Below are positions 1 to 9,367 of a stretch of DNA of 64,000 nucleotides, piece after piece. Location of the stretch: assembly GCA_965204375.1 (NCBI GenBank), contig OZ241986.1, positions 3,744,001 through 3,808,000 on the forward strand, read 5' to 3'. Below the pieces are notes generated by a model. The model ran no database searches, was not told the origin of the DNA, and worked only from the letters and a program-made list of their open reading frames with translations. The position numbers were made by a program, and so were the translations under genes. Within the stretch, counting starts at the first letter, position 1. The number at the start of each line of letters is the position of its first letter. Source of the DNA: Candidatus Latescibacterota bacterium. Lineage in GTDB: Bacteria; Latescibacterota; UBA2968.

Positions 1-1113
1 ATTATCGGCAAAAATGCGCTGGTGCAAATCCTCTGCCAGCCTGGGAAATGTCGTCACGGGATCATTCCAGTCAAAATGGGGAAAATCCGAACAATAAATA
101 AGGGTCTCATCGGCGTGTAACATATCCAGCATCTGGTGTATTTGCTCGGGTCGCTCAGGCTCGTGCAAAGGCTGTGAGCCAACCCGAATATGGTCGCGGA
201 AATACTCACTCGGCAAACGCTTGAGCCACGGCGTCTGGTCGCGCAACGCCTTCCAATCCGAATCCATGTGCCACATCAGCGGAACAGCCCAAAACTGCTG
301 TGCTTCAATGAGCGCAAACTGCAAATTTGGGAACTTCTCAAAAACGCCCTCGCAGATCAACGACGCCGCATGGGAACTCGCCATATACGGTCGGCTCATC
401 CTGGACTCCATATAATACGTGGGAAAACCCACCGGAGTCGGAACAGTTCGCGTCGCCCCACCACCCCCGCCCACATGAGAAACCACCGGCAGCCCGTGAT
501 TCTCACACGCCTCCCATATCGGATGGTAAAAGCGATTCCCAAAAGGCATCATCGTACCCATAGGCACCATCACCGCAACCGTATCTTTGCGATGCGCCAG
601 CCTGTTGATTTCATCCACCGCCTGAGACGGATCAGTAGGCGAAACGAGAATCGCATTGACGAGACGATCGTCGCGACTGAGCCAGTGCTCAATCGTCCAA
701 TCGTTAAACGCGCGACACAGCGCAGCCGCCCAATCCGGATCCGGCAAACCCGAATACCCGTAAAAAGGCGGTGGTCCCGTCAAAAGCGCGTAATCGATAT
801 GCCAGCGGTCGAGATGCTCCTTCTGCAAAAACGCAACGGAAAAATTGAAATCTCGCTCTTTGAGATCCGGATCCTTCAAATCAGGTCGATTAGCGCGGAA
901 AGGCATATTGGGATATCCACCGCCAGGCAAATGCAAACCCTGATCGTAGAGATGCTCCTGATAGAACTTCGAAAGATGCGGCAACAAATCTTCCGGACGA
1001 CGAAAATTTTGATGTACATCGCAATCGACAATCGCAACGCCTTCTTTAGACTTCGCGGTCCAGCCCGGTGCCGTAATGGGAGCAGCACCTATTTTTCCAC
1101 CTATATCGCTCAT
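1..1113 (-). CDS. Amidohydrolase_2 family protein (3' end runs off the window)
   Basis: Not in the ORF track because its stop lies outside the window. Manual translation from ATG 1113 (GGAGG RBS) is open to position 1: MSDIGGK...AIVDCDVHQ...YHPIWEACENHGLPVVSH...EGVFEKFPNL...LIYCSDFPHFD. DxH metal motif and SDFPH motif are present. Confidence 0.85.
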   Translation of the reverse strand, partial: MSDIGGKIGAAPITAPGWTAKSKEGVAIVDCDVHQNFRRPEDLLPHLSKFYQEHLYDQGLHLPGGGYPNMPFRANRPDLKDPDLKERDFNFSVAFLQKEHLDRWHIDYALLTGPPPFYGYSGLPDPDWAAALCRAFNDWTIEHWLSRDDRLVNAILVSPTDPSQAVDEINRLAHRKDTVAVMVPMGTMMPFGNRFYHPIWEACENHGLPVVSHVGGGGGATRTVPTPVGFPTYYMESRMSRPYMASSHAASLICEGVFEKFPNLQFALIEAQQFWAVPLMWHMDSDWKALRDQTPWLKRLPSEYFRDHIRVGSQPLHEPERPEQIHQMLDMLHADETLIYCSDFPHFDWNDPVTTFPRLAEDLHQRIFADN

Positions 1114-1282
1114 TTAATCCTCCTGTATCCACTTTAAGGATATTTCAATACCTGTTAAACCAAAAGTACTGACACCTCTGAGCACTTGTCAAGACAGAAC
1201 GGGCTATTTTTGTTGACGTATTGAAAGATTGGTGGTTATTTCTTACTCCCGAAATCATATTCACGGATGAAAGGAGCGTATT

Positions 1283-2284
1283 ATGTCAAATAAAATTCGA
1301 GTCGCAGTAATCGGCACAGGACAGCGCGGACCGTCGCATGCACGCGAGCTATTGGGATGCGATGAAGCCGAACTCGCGCTCGTGTGCGACCTGGACGAAG
1401 AACGCGCCAAAAACGCGGCTGAAAATTTCAACGTAAAATACGAACTCGACCACCGGGAAGTCATCGCGCGGGACGACATCGACGCCCTGGCAATTGCGAC
1501 GCACACGCGACACCACGCAGGCGTCATGCGCGATGCCGCCGCGGCAGGCAAACCATTTCTGGTCGAAAAGCCATACTGCGACAGCATTGAATCGGGCGTA
1601 GAAATCTGTGAAATGGCAGAACAAAATAACGTCGTAGCGATGGTGGGATATCAATCTCGCTTCACGGCTTTTGCCCAGGAAATGAAAGCCCTTGCCTCAC
1701 AGATCGATCTGATTCAGACCAATGTAACACTTCAGCGCGGATTTTTTAACCCGCAGTATTTCTTCCCCGAACACTACAGCGGCATCCTCGACGCGCTATC
1801 GCACACCATGGACCTGGCTTTGTGGTGGACGGGATCTTTGCCCGTAGAAGTCATGGGACACGAGCGTTGCGGCCTGTTCAAACCCGACAAAGACGCCGTA
1901 GAATTTGTCAACATCACAACCCGATGCGAAAACGGGCAAATCGTGTGTATGACGGGCAGCATGGCGGGCGTCCAGATGCAGAACATCTATCAGATGGCGG
2001 GCTTGAGGGGAAATATCTCGGCGACAGAGCGCAATCGAATCCGATACGTCACCCATCGCGGATTTGAAGAAGACAAAACACCGATTGACCTGAAAAGAGG
2101 AGAATGGACGGGTTCGGGACAGCCGCCGACAGACATGTGGACGCATTTCGCGCAATGCGTAAAAGAAGGGCGAACCGATGTATCACCCGGAGCGAGCCTG
2201 CGAGATGGACTCGCACAAGTAGCGGTAAGCGAAGGCGCGTATTTCTCTTCCCGCGAGGGAAAAGCCATCACAGTCGAGCTTTAG
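1283..2284 (+). CDS. Gfo/Idh/MocA family oxidoreductase
   Basis: Rossmann RVAVIGTG, LVEKP and VGYQSRF motifs; AAGGAG RBS. Confidence 0.9.
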   Translation: MSNKIRVAVIGTGQRGPSHARELLGCDEAELALVCDLDEERAKNAAENFNVKYELDHREVIARDDIDALAIATHTRHHAGVMRDAAAAGKPFLVEKPYCDSIESGVEICEMAEQNNVVAMVGYQSRFTAFAQEMKALASQIDLIQTNVTLQRGFFNPQYFFPEHYSGILDALSHTMDLALWWTGSLPVEVMGHERCGLFKPDKDAVEFVNITTRCENGQIVCMTGSMAGVQMQNIYQMAGLRGNISATERNRIRYVTHRGFEEDKTPIDLKRGEWTGSGQPPTDMWTHFAQCVKEGRTDVSPGASLRDGLAQVAVSEGAYFSSREGKAITVEL

Positions 2285-2299
2285 CCAGAGGAAAACAAA

Positions 2300-3082
2300 A
2301 TGAAACTCGGATGTCAGGCGAGATCATTTGGCAAAGGAATATACCCCAACGAAGCGGACTTTCTCGCAGTTGTCCGCCAGATCGGAAATCTGGGATTCAA
2401 GGGACTGGAAGCAAATTGGAAAAATCTGGAGCGATATTTTCAAGACCCCGAAGCATTCAAACGCATCCTATCTGAAACCAATCTCGAACTGATTGGCGCG
2501 CATTACGGTGCCGCACACTGGGATGAATCCTCGCGTGAGCAAATCAGAACTGAAGGCAACCAAATTGCCGACTTTGTATCCGCTGTTGGCGGACAGTACA
2601 TTGTTTGCAGCGGACGGCGTCCAACACAGGGACCCGTATCAGACGAAATGTGGAAAAAAACCGCAGAAGGACTGAACCTCCTGGGTGAACACTGCGCGCC
2701 CAAAGGCGTCCAACTCGCCTATCACAACCACTGGTGGGAATCCGAGCAAGAAGGACTGGTCAAACTCGCGGCATATACCGATCCGTCATACGTCGGATTC
2801 GCCTTTGATACTGGACACCACATACGGGCGGGCAAAGACGCAATCGCATTGGTCAGAGAACTCTCTGGCAGGCTGCACATCATCCACCTCGCAGACCATT
2901 CAAAAGACGCCAAAGGCAATGCCCTTCGACCGCAACTGGGCACTGGCGTATTAGACCTATCAGCGTTACAAAACGCACTCAAAGGATTTACTGGCTGGCT
3001 GGTTTTAGAAGAAGAAAATAACGCCCCATCCCCAGAGAAACAGGTGGCTGAATGCATCGAAGTAATGAGGACAATGACTTAA
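2300..3082 (+). CDS. Sugar phosphate isomerase/epimerase (IolE-like TIM barrel)
   Basis: LAYHNH, FDTGH, IHLAD and WLVLEEE motifs. Confidence 0.85.
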   Translation: MKLGCQARSFGKGIYPNEADFLAVVRQIGNLGFKGLEANWKNLERYFQDPEAFKRILSETNLELIGAHYGAAHWDESSREQIRTEGNQIADFVSAVGGQYIVCSGRRPTQGPVSDEMWKKTAEGLNLLGEHCAPKGVQLAYHNHWWESEQEGLVKLAAYTDPSYVGFAFDTGHHIRAGKDAIALVRELSGRLHIIHLADHSKDAKGNALRPQLGTGVLDLSALQNALKGFTGWLVLEEENNAPSPEKQVAECIEVMRTMT

Positions 3083-3112
3083 AATCCCTTGAATCCACGC
3101 GAAAGGAAAATT

Positions 3113-3637
3113 ATGGAATTCGTCCAAAAAGACGTGCAAATAACACCGCATTATTTTCAAGACGACGGTGTGGTTCCAAACAGCGCGTTCCCCCTCATCG
3201 TCTATCAAAACGCTCTATCATTACCCGAAAACGACCCCGCGCGGGCATTTGAGCAGGTATTTGCAGCCAATCGCTGGTCGCGTTCATGGCGCAACGGCAT
3301 TTATCCCTTTCACCACTACCACGCCACAGCGCACGAAGTACTGGGCATAGCGCAGGGAAGTGCCAGAGTATGCATGGGTGGCGAACAGGGCGCGCGCTTG
3401 ACCATTGGACCTGGCGATGTCATGGTAATTCCCGCGGGCGTAGGACACAAAAACCTGGGCGCGAGTTCAGACTTACTGGTCGTAGGCGCATATCCCGATG
3501 GCCAGCACCCGGACCTGTGTCGAGAAAGTGCCCGTGAACACAAACACGCACTGGAAAACATACCCAAAGTACCGATGCCCGCTTCCGATCCGGTCTTTGG
3601 AACAAATGGTGCTGTAATGAATTTATGGAAAAAATGA
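3113..3637 (+). CDS. Cupin domain protein (YjlB-like)
   Basis: WRNGIYPFHHYHATAHEVLG, PAGVGH and VVGAYP motifs; ATG 3113 follows AGGAA. Confidence 0.85.
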   Translation: MEFVQKDVQITPHYFQDDGVVPNSAFPLIVYQNALSLPENDPARAFEQVFAANRWSRSWRNGIYPFHHYHATAHEVLGIAQGSARVCMGGEQGARLTIGPGDVMVIPAGVGHKNLGASSDLLVVGAYPDGQHPDLCRESAREHKHALENIPKVPMPASDPVFGTNGAVMNLWKK

Positions 3638-3644
3638 GGTTTTT

Positions 3645-5102
3645 ATGCAACCGACAAACATGCTCTACATCATTTCCGATCAACACAATCGCAATCTACT
3701 CGGATGTTATGGTCACCCGATGGTGCAAACGCCCAACCTGGATCGGCTATCCGAACAGGGCACGCGGTTCACCAATGCCTACACCAACTGTCCAATATGC
3801 GTACCGGCGCGCGCATCTCTCGCCACCGGACGCTACGTACATCAAATTGGCAACTGGGACAATGGGCATCCATACATCGGGGACACGCCAAGCTGGCACC
3901 ACCGCTTGCGCGAGCAGGATTTTAACGCAACATCAATAGGCAAATTGCACTTTAAGGGCCAGGGCACGGATCACGGCTTCACCGAAGAAATCGAGCCATT
4001 AAACGTCGTCGATGGCACAGGCGATGTACTGGGCTCTATCCGGGAACAACCGCCCTTTCGCAACAAACGACCGGGAATTCGAGAAGCAGGACCGGGCGAC
4101 TCGACGTATTTGCAATACGACCAGCGCAATGCAGACAACGCCATAAAGTGGTTACAAGAGCATCAGCACGACGAAAAACCCTGGTGTCTGTTTTTATCAT
4201 TTGTATGCCCACACCCACCGTATATTTCGCCGCCAGACACATACGACATCTACGACCCGGACGAATTGCCCATGCCGCCGCAATGGCGAACCGAGGACTG
4301 GCCCGATCATCCCGCAATGGACTACTTCAGGCGATTCTTCACATTTGATCCCCAATTCCCCGAAGCCATCGTGCGACAGCTAAATGCAGCCTATTATGGC
4401 GTATGTACGTATCTGGACCGTCAAATAGGTCGGGTGCTAAATACCCTGGACGAACTGGAACTAACCGACACAACCCGCATAATCTATACAACAGACCACG
4501 GTGAACACCTGGGCGGACGCGGCATATACGGCAAATTTACCATGTATGAAGAATCCGCCGCCGTGCCATTTTTGATGGCAGGTCCCGACGTTCCCGTGGG
4601 CAAAGTCGTGGAAACACCTGTCTCGCTCGTCGATAGCTTCCAGACAATTTTGGAAGCCGTGGGCGCGCAACAGACCGAGGAAGACGCGGAGTTGCCGGGC
4701 GAATCACTGTGGACCATTGCACAGGAAGAAGACCGCGACCGCACGGTATTTAGCGAGTACCACGCCATAGGCGCACAGCACGGGGCATATATGTTGCGAA
4801 ACCAAAAATACAAATACATATATCACGTCAATAATCCCCCGCAACTATTCGATACAGTAAATGATCCCGAAGAGTGCCGTGACCTCGCGCAATCCTCCGA
4901 TCACCAGAAAGTCCTGGAAATCTTCGAACGCGAATTGCGCGACCTCCTCGATCCCGAAGTAGTAGATACCCGGGCCAAAACCTCGCAACGAGAAATGATT
5001 GAATCTCTGGGTGGCGAAGAAGCCGTCATTCATCGGGGCGCATTTGACAACTCGCCCGTACCCGGCGAAGCGCCAAAATTTCGACAACACGGATCGGAGT
5101 GA
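3645..5102 (+). CDS. Formylglycine-type sulfatase (choline-sulfatase-like)
   Basis: SDQH, CVPAR (CxPxR), GKLH and DHGE motifs. Confidence 0.92.
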   Translation: MQPTNMLYIISDQHNRNLLGCYGHPMVQTPNLDRLSEQGTRFTNAYTNCPICVPARASLATGRYVHQIGNWDNGHPYIGDTPSWHHRLREQDFNATSIGKLHFKGQGTDHGFTEEIEPLNVVDGTGDVLGSIREQPPFRNKRPGIREAGPGDSTYLQYDQRNADNAIKWLQEHQHDEKPWCLFLSFVCPHPPYISPPDTYDIYDPDELPMPPQWRTEDWPDHPAMDYFRRFFTFDPQFPEAIVRQLNAAYYGVCTYLDRQIGRVLNTLDELELTDTTRIIYTTDHGEHLGGRGIYGKFTMYEESAAVPFLMAGPDVPVGKVVETPVSLVDSFQTILEAVGAQQTEEDAELPGESLWTIAQEEDRDRTVFSEYHAIGAQHGAYMLRNQKYKYIYHVNNPPQLFDTVNDPEECRDLAQSSDHQKVLEIFERELRDLLDPEVVDTRAKTSQREMIESLGGEEAVIHRGAFDNSPVPGEAPKFRQHGSE

Positions 5103-5117
5103 GCACAGGAGCTAATC

Positions 5118-6593
5118 ATGGCCGAAACAGTCAAATTATTCCTCAATGGCGAATGGGTGGCATCTGAAGCAACGGAAACCGTACCGGTTTACAACCCATC
5201 GGATGGAACAGAAATAGCTGCAACACCCCTATGTGGCGCATCAGAAATAGATCGCGTAGTGCAATCAGCCGCAGATGCATTTCCCGAATGGGCAAAGACA
5301 CCCGCCGTTGATCGCGCGCGCGTGATGTTCCGGCTTGTCGCACTCATGGAAACCCACTTCGAGGAATTGGCCCAACTCGTAACCCTCGAAAACGGCAAAA
5401 CCATAGAAGATGCACGGGGTGAAATTCGACGCGGAATCGAAGTCGCAGAATTTGCCTGCGGTGCGCCCGCACTCTTAATGGGCGACGCGCTGGAAAATAT
5501 TGCACAGGGAATAGATTGCGACACCATCCGACAACCCCTGGGCGTATCCGTGGGCATCACGCCATTCAACTTTCCATCTATGGTACCCATGTGGACATTG
5601 CCCATTGCCCTGGTATGTGGCAATACCTACGTATTAAAGCCATCGGAGCGCGTACCATTGAGCGCAATCCGAATTGGCGAATTACTGACCGAAGCCGGAT
5701 TACCGCCCGGCGTATTCAACATCGCACACGGTGGAAAAGACGCGGTAGATGCTCTGCTCGCCCATCCTGAAGTAAAAACCATCTCATTTGTCGGATCAAC
5801 ACCCGTAGCGCGCTATGTCTATGAAACAGCCACTCGCAATGGTAAACGCGTACAATCAGCCGGTGGCGCAAAAAATTACTTAATCGTATTGCCCGACGCC
5901 GACCTGGACTCAACCGTAGCTGCCGTCATGGGATCTGCTTATGGCTGCGCCGGAGAACGCTGCATGGCCGGCAGCGTACTCGTCTGTGCCGAAGGTGCAG
6001 GCGACCGTTTCCTGGAACCGCTCAGTGAAACCGCACGCGAATTTCGGGTGGGACCAACCGACCGCGATCCCGGTGTAGATATGGGACCGGTAGTGACTCG
6101 AACGCACCTGGACCGCATCCATCAACACATCGAAAATGGGCTGAAAGAAGGCGCAGAACTAATCGTAGATGGCCGCGATGTAAAAGTCGAAGAAACACCG
6201 CAGGGCTTCTACCTGGGCGCGACCATTTTCGATCGGGTAAAACCCCAGATGTCCATTGCGCGAGAAGAAATTTTCGGACCCGTATTATCGACCATGCACA
6301 CAGACGACCTGAGCGGAGCCATTGCGCGGTGCAATGCCAGCGGATACGGCAACGCAGCCGTACTATTCACATCCAGTGGCGGAGCCGCGCGCAAATTTCG
6401 CCACGAAGTAAACGCTGGCATGGTCGGCATCAACATCGGCGTCCCCGCGCCCATGGCATTCTTCCCCTTCTCCGGGTGGAACAATTCCTTCTTCGGCGAT
6501 TTACATGTACAGGGCACCGAAGGCATTTCGTTTTTCACCCGACAAAAAGTAACAATCAGCCGGTGGATTGACACAAAGCGACAATTCTTTTAG
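5118..6593 (+). CDS. mmsA: CoA-acylating (methyl)malonate-semialdehyde dehydrogenase
   Basis: ITPFNFP, SFVGST, GGAKN, GERCMA, EEIFGP and GINIGVPAP motifs, diagnostic of MMSDH/IolA. Confidence 0.92.
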   Translation: MAETVKLFLNGEWVASEATETVPVYNPSDGTEIAATPLCGASEIDRVVQSAADAFPEWAKTPAVDRARVMFRLVALMETHFEELAQLVTLENGKTIEDARGEIRRGIEVAEFACGAPALLMGDALENIAQGIDCDTIRQPLGVSVGITPFNFPSMVPMWTLPIALVCGNTYVLKPSERVPLSAIRIGELLTEAGLPPGVFNIAHGGKDAVDALLAHPEVKTISFVGSTPVARYVYETATRNGKRVQSAGGAKNYLIVLPDADLDSTVAAVMGSAYGCAGERCMAGSVLVCAEGAGDRFLEPLSETAREFRVGPTDRDPGVDMGPVVTRTHLDRIHQHIENGLKEGAELIVDGRDVKVEETPQGFYLGATIFDRVKPQMSIAREEIFGPVLSTMHTDDLSGAIARCNASGYGNAAVLFTSSGGAARKFRHEVNAGMVGINIGVPAPMAFFPFSGWNNSFFGDLHVQGTEGISFFTRQKVTISRWIDTKRQFF

Positions 6594-6660
6594 TGTATGG
6601 AGCGTGTATCGGGATGTGTTGATCGGAAGGGGCTAACCGCTATTCTCACAGGCAAATGCT

Positions 6661-7182
6661 ATGCACGCACTCAATTTCTGGAAAACGGTGACAATGGATC
6701 ACAGCCATTTTTTGGAGAACTTGATCGCCTTATTGACAGAACACGATATTGCGTATTGCGTAATTGGTGGTCAAGCTGTCAATGCCTATGCAGAGCCAGT
6801 CGTCAGCCTGAATCTCGTTCTCGTTGTCGCTATTGCACACTTTGACCGGGTAGTGACCCTGTTAGAAACGAACTTTGAGGTAAAGCAGTTCCCCCATAGC
6901 CTCAATGTGTATCAAAAAGGATCTGACTTGCGCGTGCAGATACAAACAGATGCGCGATATTTTGATTTTCCAGATCGCGCTGCACCGCGTGAAATACTCG
7001 GCCTTGAACTACCAGTTGCTCGTCTTGAAGATACATTACAGGGCAAAATATGGGCTGCGATGGATACGGACCGACGCAGCAGCAAACGGCAAAAAGATCT
7101 GGCCGACATTGCTCGCCTCATTGAAACTTATCCCTTTCTAAAATCGCGCGTCCCATCAGAAATCCTTTCAAAACTGGTATAG
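6661..7182 (+). CDS. Nucleotidyltransferase-like protein (probably catalytically degenerate)
   Basis: YCVIGGQAVNAY and KDLADI motifs; the expected DxD reads NLV. Confidence 0.6.
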   Translation: MHALNFWKTVTMDHSHFLENLIALLTEHDIAYCVIGGQAVNAYAEPVVSLNLVLVVAIAHFDRVVTLLETNFEVKQFPHSLNVYQKGSDLRVQIQTDARYFDFPDRAAPREILGLELPVARLEDTLQGKIWAAMDTDRRSSKRQKDLADIARLIETYPFLKSRVPSEILSKLV

Positions 7183-7191
7183 GAAAAAAAC

Positions 7192-7650
7192 ATGGCAAGT
7201 CGGCACGCAGATTGGTTTAGACAGGGGGAACGCGACCTGGACCACGCTCGCAGAGCAACAGAGCATGGCGATTATGAATGGGCCTGCTTTGCCGCTCAGC
7301 AAGGTGCTGAAAAAGCCGTTAAGGCAGTCTTTCAAAAAGTCGGTGCCGTCGCCTGGGGGCATTCCGTTGCGGCACTATTAGAGGCTTTACCCGATATTTC
7401 TCCACTCGACGACGCCCTATTAGATGCGGCAAAAGAGTTGGACAAACATTATATCCCAGCGCGATATCCCAATTCGCATCCTCAGGGCGCACCATTTGAA
7501 TACTATACGCAAGGAGAGGCGGATCGTGCTGTATCAAACGCCGAAAAAATCATCACCTTCTGTTCGGGTTTTCTATTTGAACCGCCCAAAGACGATCCAA
7601 CGGATTCGGAAGGCGATGAAAAAACTGAAGATCCAGCATCCCGAGATTGA
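7192..7650 (+). CDS. HEPN domain protein
   Basis: WACFAAQQGAEKAVKA, WGHS and LDKHYIPARYP motifs of HEPN proteins paired with MNT. Confidence 0.88.
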   Translation: MASRHADWFRQGERDLDHARRATEHGDYEWACFAAQQGAEKAVKAVFQKVGAVAWGHSVAALLEALPDISPLDDALLDAAKELDKHYIPARYPNSHPQGAPFEYYTQGEADRAVSNAEKIITFCSGFLFEPPKDDPTDSEGDEKTEDPASRD

Positions 7651-7894
7651 ACGCGCAGTCCTATTCGGCTCTTTGTCCCGCGGTGATGCTGTTCCCGGAA
7701 GTGACGCCGATGTGTTGCTGGTGCTGCGAGAAAGTGCGCTATCTTTTCGAGAACGCAGTGCCTATTATATCCCCAAAAATATCGGGATCGGCGTAGATAT
7801 TTTTGCGTACACGCGTTCCGAACTGGACGCGATGCGAATATCTAAAAATGCCTTTGTCCTTCAAGCACTAAAAGAAGGAATGGATCTGATTTAA
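7538..7894 (+). CDS. Minimal nucleotidyltransferase (MNT), partner of the HEPN gene; start uncertain (ACG 7538 or ATG 7616)
   Basis: LFGSLSRGD...SDADVLLV pol-beta motif; overlaps the 3' end of the HEPN gene. Confidence 0.8.
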   Translation, partial: TPKKSSPSVRVFYLNRPKTIQRIRKAMKKLKIQHPEIERAVLFGSLSRGDAVPGSDADVLLVLRESALSFRERSAYYIPKNIGIGVDIFAYTRSELDAMRISKNAFVLQALKEGMDLI

Positions 7895-7954
7895 AAGCCT
7901 ATTCGTCAAACCAAAAAAGTGTTCCATAGAAAGCCCTTCCCGTCAGGAGGAAAC

Positions 7955-9298
7955 ATGGCAGATGATATAAAAGCTGCGGCGAGAACTGCGCGGCAGGCTG
8001 CACTCACATTGAGTCAGACCACGGAAAAACAGCGCAATGCCGCGCTTGAAGCTATAGCACAGGCATTGCACGTAAATCGCGACCGCATATTAGACGCCAA
8101 CAAACGCGATCAGGCAGCCGCAGAAAAAATGCTGGTACAGGGAGAAATCACCCCCCCGCTAATCAAGCGCCTGAAAGTAGATGATGAAAAGCTGGACAGT
8201 GAAATAATAGTTGGCGTTCGCAGTGTCGCAGCCCAGGAAGACCCCATTGGCAAAACGCAGACCGCGACCGAATTGGACGAAGGCCTGAACCTCTATCGCG
8301 TAACCGTCCCAATCGGCGTCATAGGCGTGGTCTTTGAATCGCGCCCCGACGCGCTGGTGCAAATCGCGACCCTGTGTCTAAAATCGGGCAATGCCATCAT
8401 GCTCAAAGGCGGCAGCGAAGCATTTCATACCAACCGCGCACTGGCCGAAATCCTGGTCGCTGCAACGGCTGACCTGGACGGCATCCCCGAAGGGTGGATG
8501 CACCTTTTAGAAGCGCGAGAAGAAGTCGCGGGCATTCTCGAATTACACGACCTCATCGACCTGATCATCCCGCGCGGCGGCAATAAACTCGTACAGCACA
8601 TCATGAACAACACCAAAATCCCCGTCATGGGGCATGCCGACGGCATCTGCCATGTGTACGTGGATAAGGCAGCGGATATAGAACGCGCAAAGCGCATTGC
8701 ACTCGATGCCAAAGTGCAATATGTGTCGGTGTGCAATGCTGTGGAAACCCTGCTCGTGCATCGGGATATCGCATCAACTTTTGTGCCGGAGATGGTGAAC
8801 ATTTACCGGGACGCCGATGTGGAAGTGCGCGGCGATGCGGCTGTTCTTGAACTGAGCGAAGGGGTGCTTCCCGCCACTGAAACCGATTGGCGCACCGAAT
8901 ATCTCGATATGATTATTTCTGTAAAAATTGTGGATAATTTGAACGAAGCAATCGCCCACATCAACGAATACAGCAGCCATCACACCGACTCAATCGTAAC
9001 CGAAAACCAGCAAGCCGCGCAGAGATTTTTGCAAGCCGTGGATTCGGCATCCGTCATACACAATGCGTCAACCCGATTTGCCGACGGATTTCGCTATGGC
9101 CTCGGCGCCGAAGTGGGCATCAGCACCAACCGCCTGCACAGCCGCGGTCCCGTCGGCCTCGAAGGCCTCGTCATCTACAAATATGTAGTAACAGGTGACG
9201 GACATATTGCGGACGATTACATCGGCGAAAATGCCAGAACATTTACACATCGCAAACTGGATCGCGGATTACATGGATTACGCGGATGGCGCGGATGA
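7955..9298 (+). CDS. proA: Gamma-glutamyl phosphate reductase
   Basis: FESRP, LKGGSEA, IPRGG, CNAVETLL, NASTRFADG and RGPVGL motifs; AGGAGG RBS before ATG 7955. Confidence 0.95.
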   Translation: MADDIKAAARTARQAALTLSQTTEKQRNAALEAIAQALHVNRDRILDANKRDQAAAEKMLVQGEITPPLIKRLKVDDEKLDSEIIVGVRSVAAQEDPIGKTQTATELDEGLNLYRVTVPIGVIGVVFESRPDALVQIATLCLKSGNAIMLKGGSEAFHTNRALAEILVAATADLDGIPEGWMHLLEAREEVAGILELHDLIDLIIPRGGNKLVQHIMNNTKIPVMGHADGICHVYVDKAADIERAKRIALDAKVQYVSVCNAVETLLVHRDIASTFVPEMVNIYRDADVEVRGDAAVLELSEGVLPATETDWRTEYLDMIISVKIVDNLNEAIAHINEYSSHHTDSIVTENQQAAQRFLQAVDSASVIHNASTRFADGFRYGLGAEVGISTNRLHSRGPVGLEGLVIYKYVVTGDGHIADDYIGENARTFTHRKLDRGLHGLRGWRG

Positions 9299-9367
9299 AT
9301 GAGGACAATGAAATTGCAAGTGGATGGTGTGGCGTCCGGAATAATAACTCAAATAAAAGGGAATATC

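Noticed and set aside
190-1137. 315-aa plus-strand ORF
   Set aside because: Antisense shadow of the minus-strand amidohydrolase gene (1-1113); Arg-rich with no motifs.
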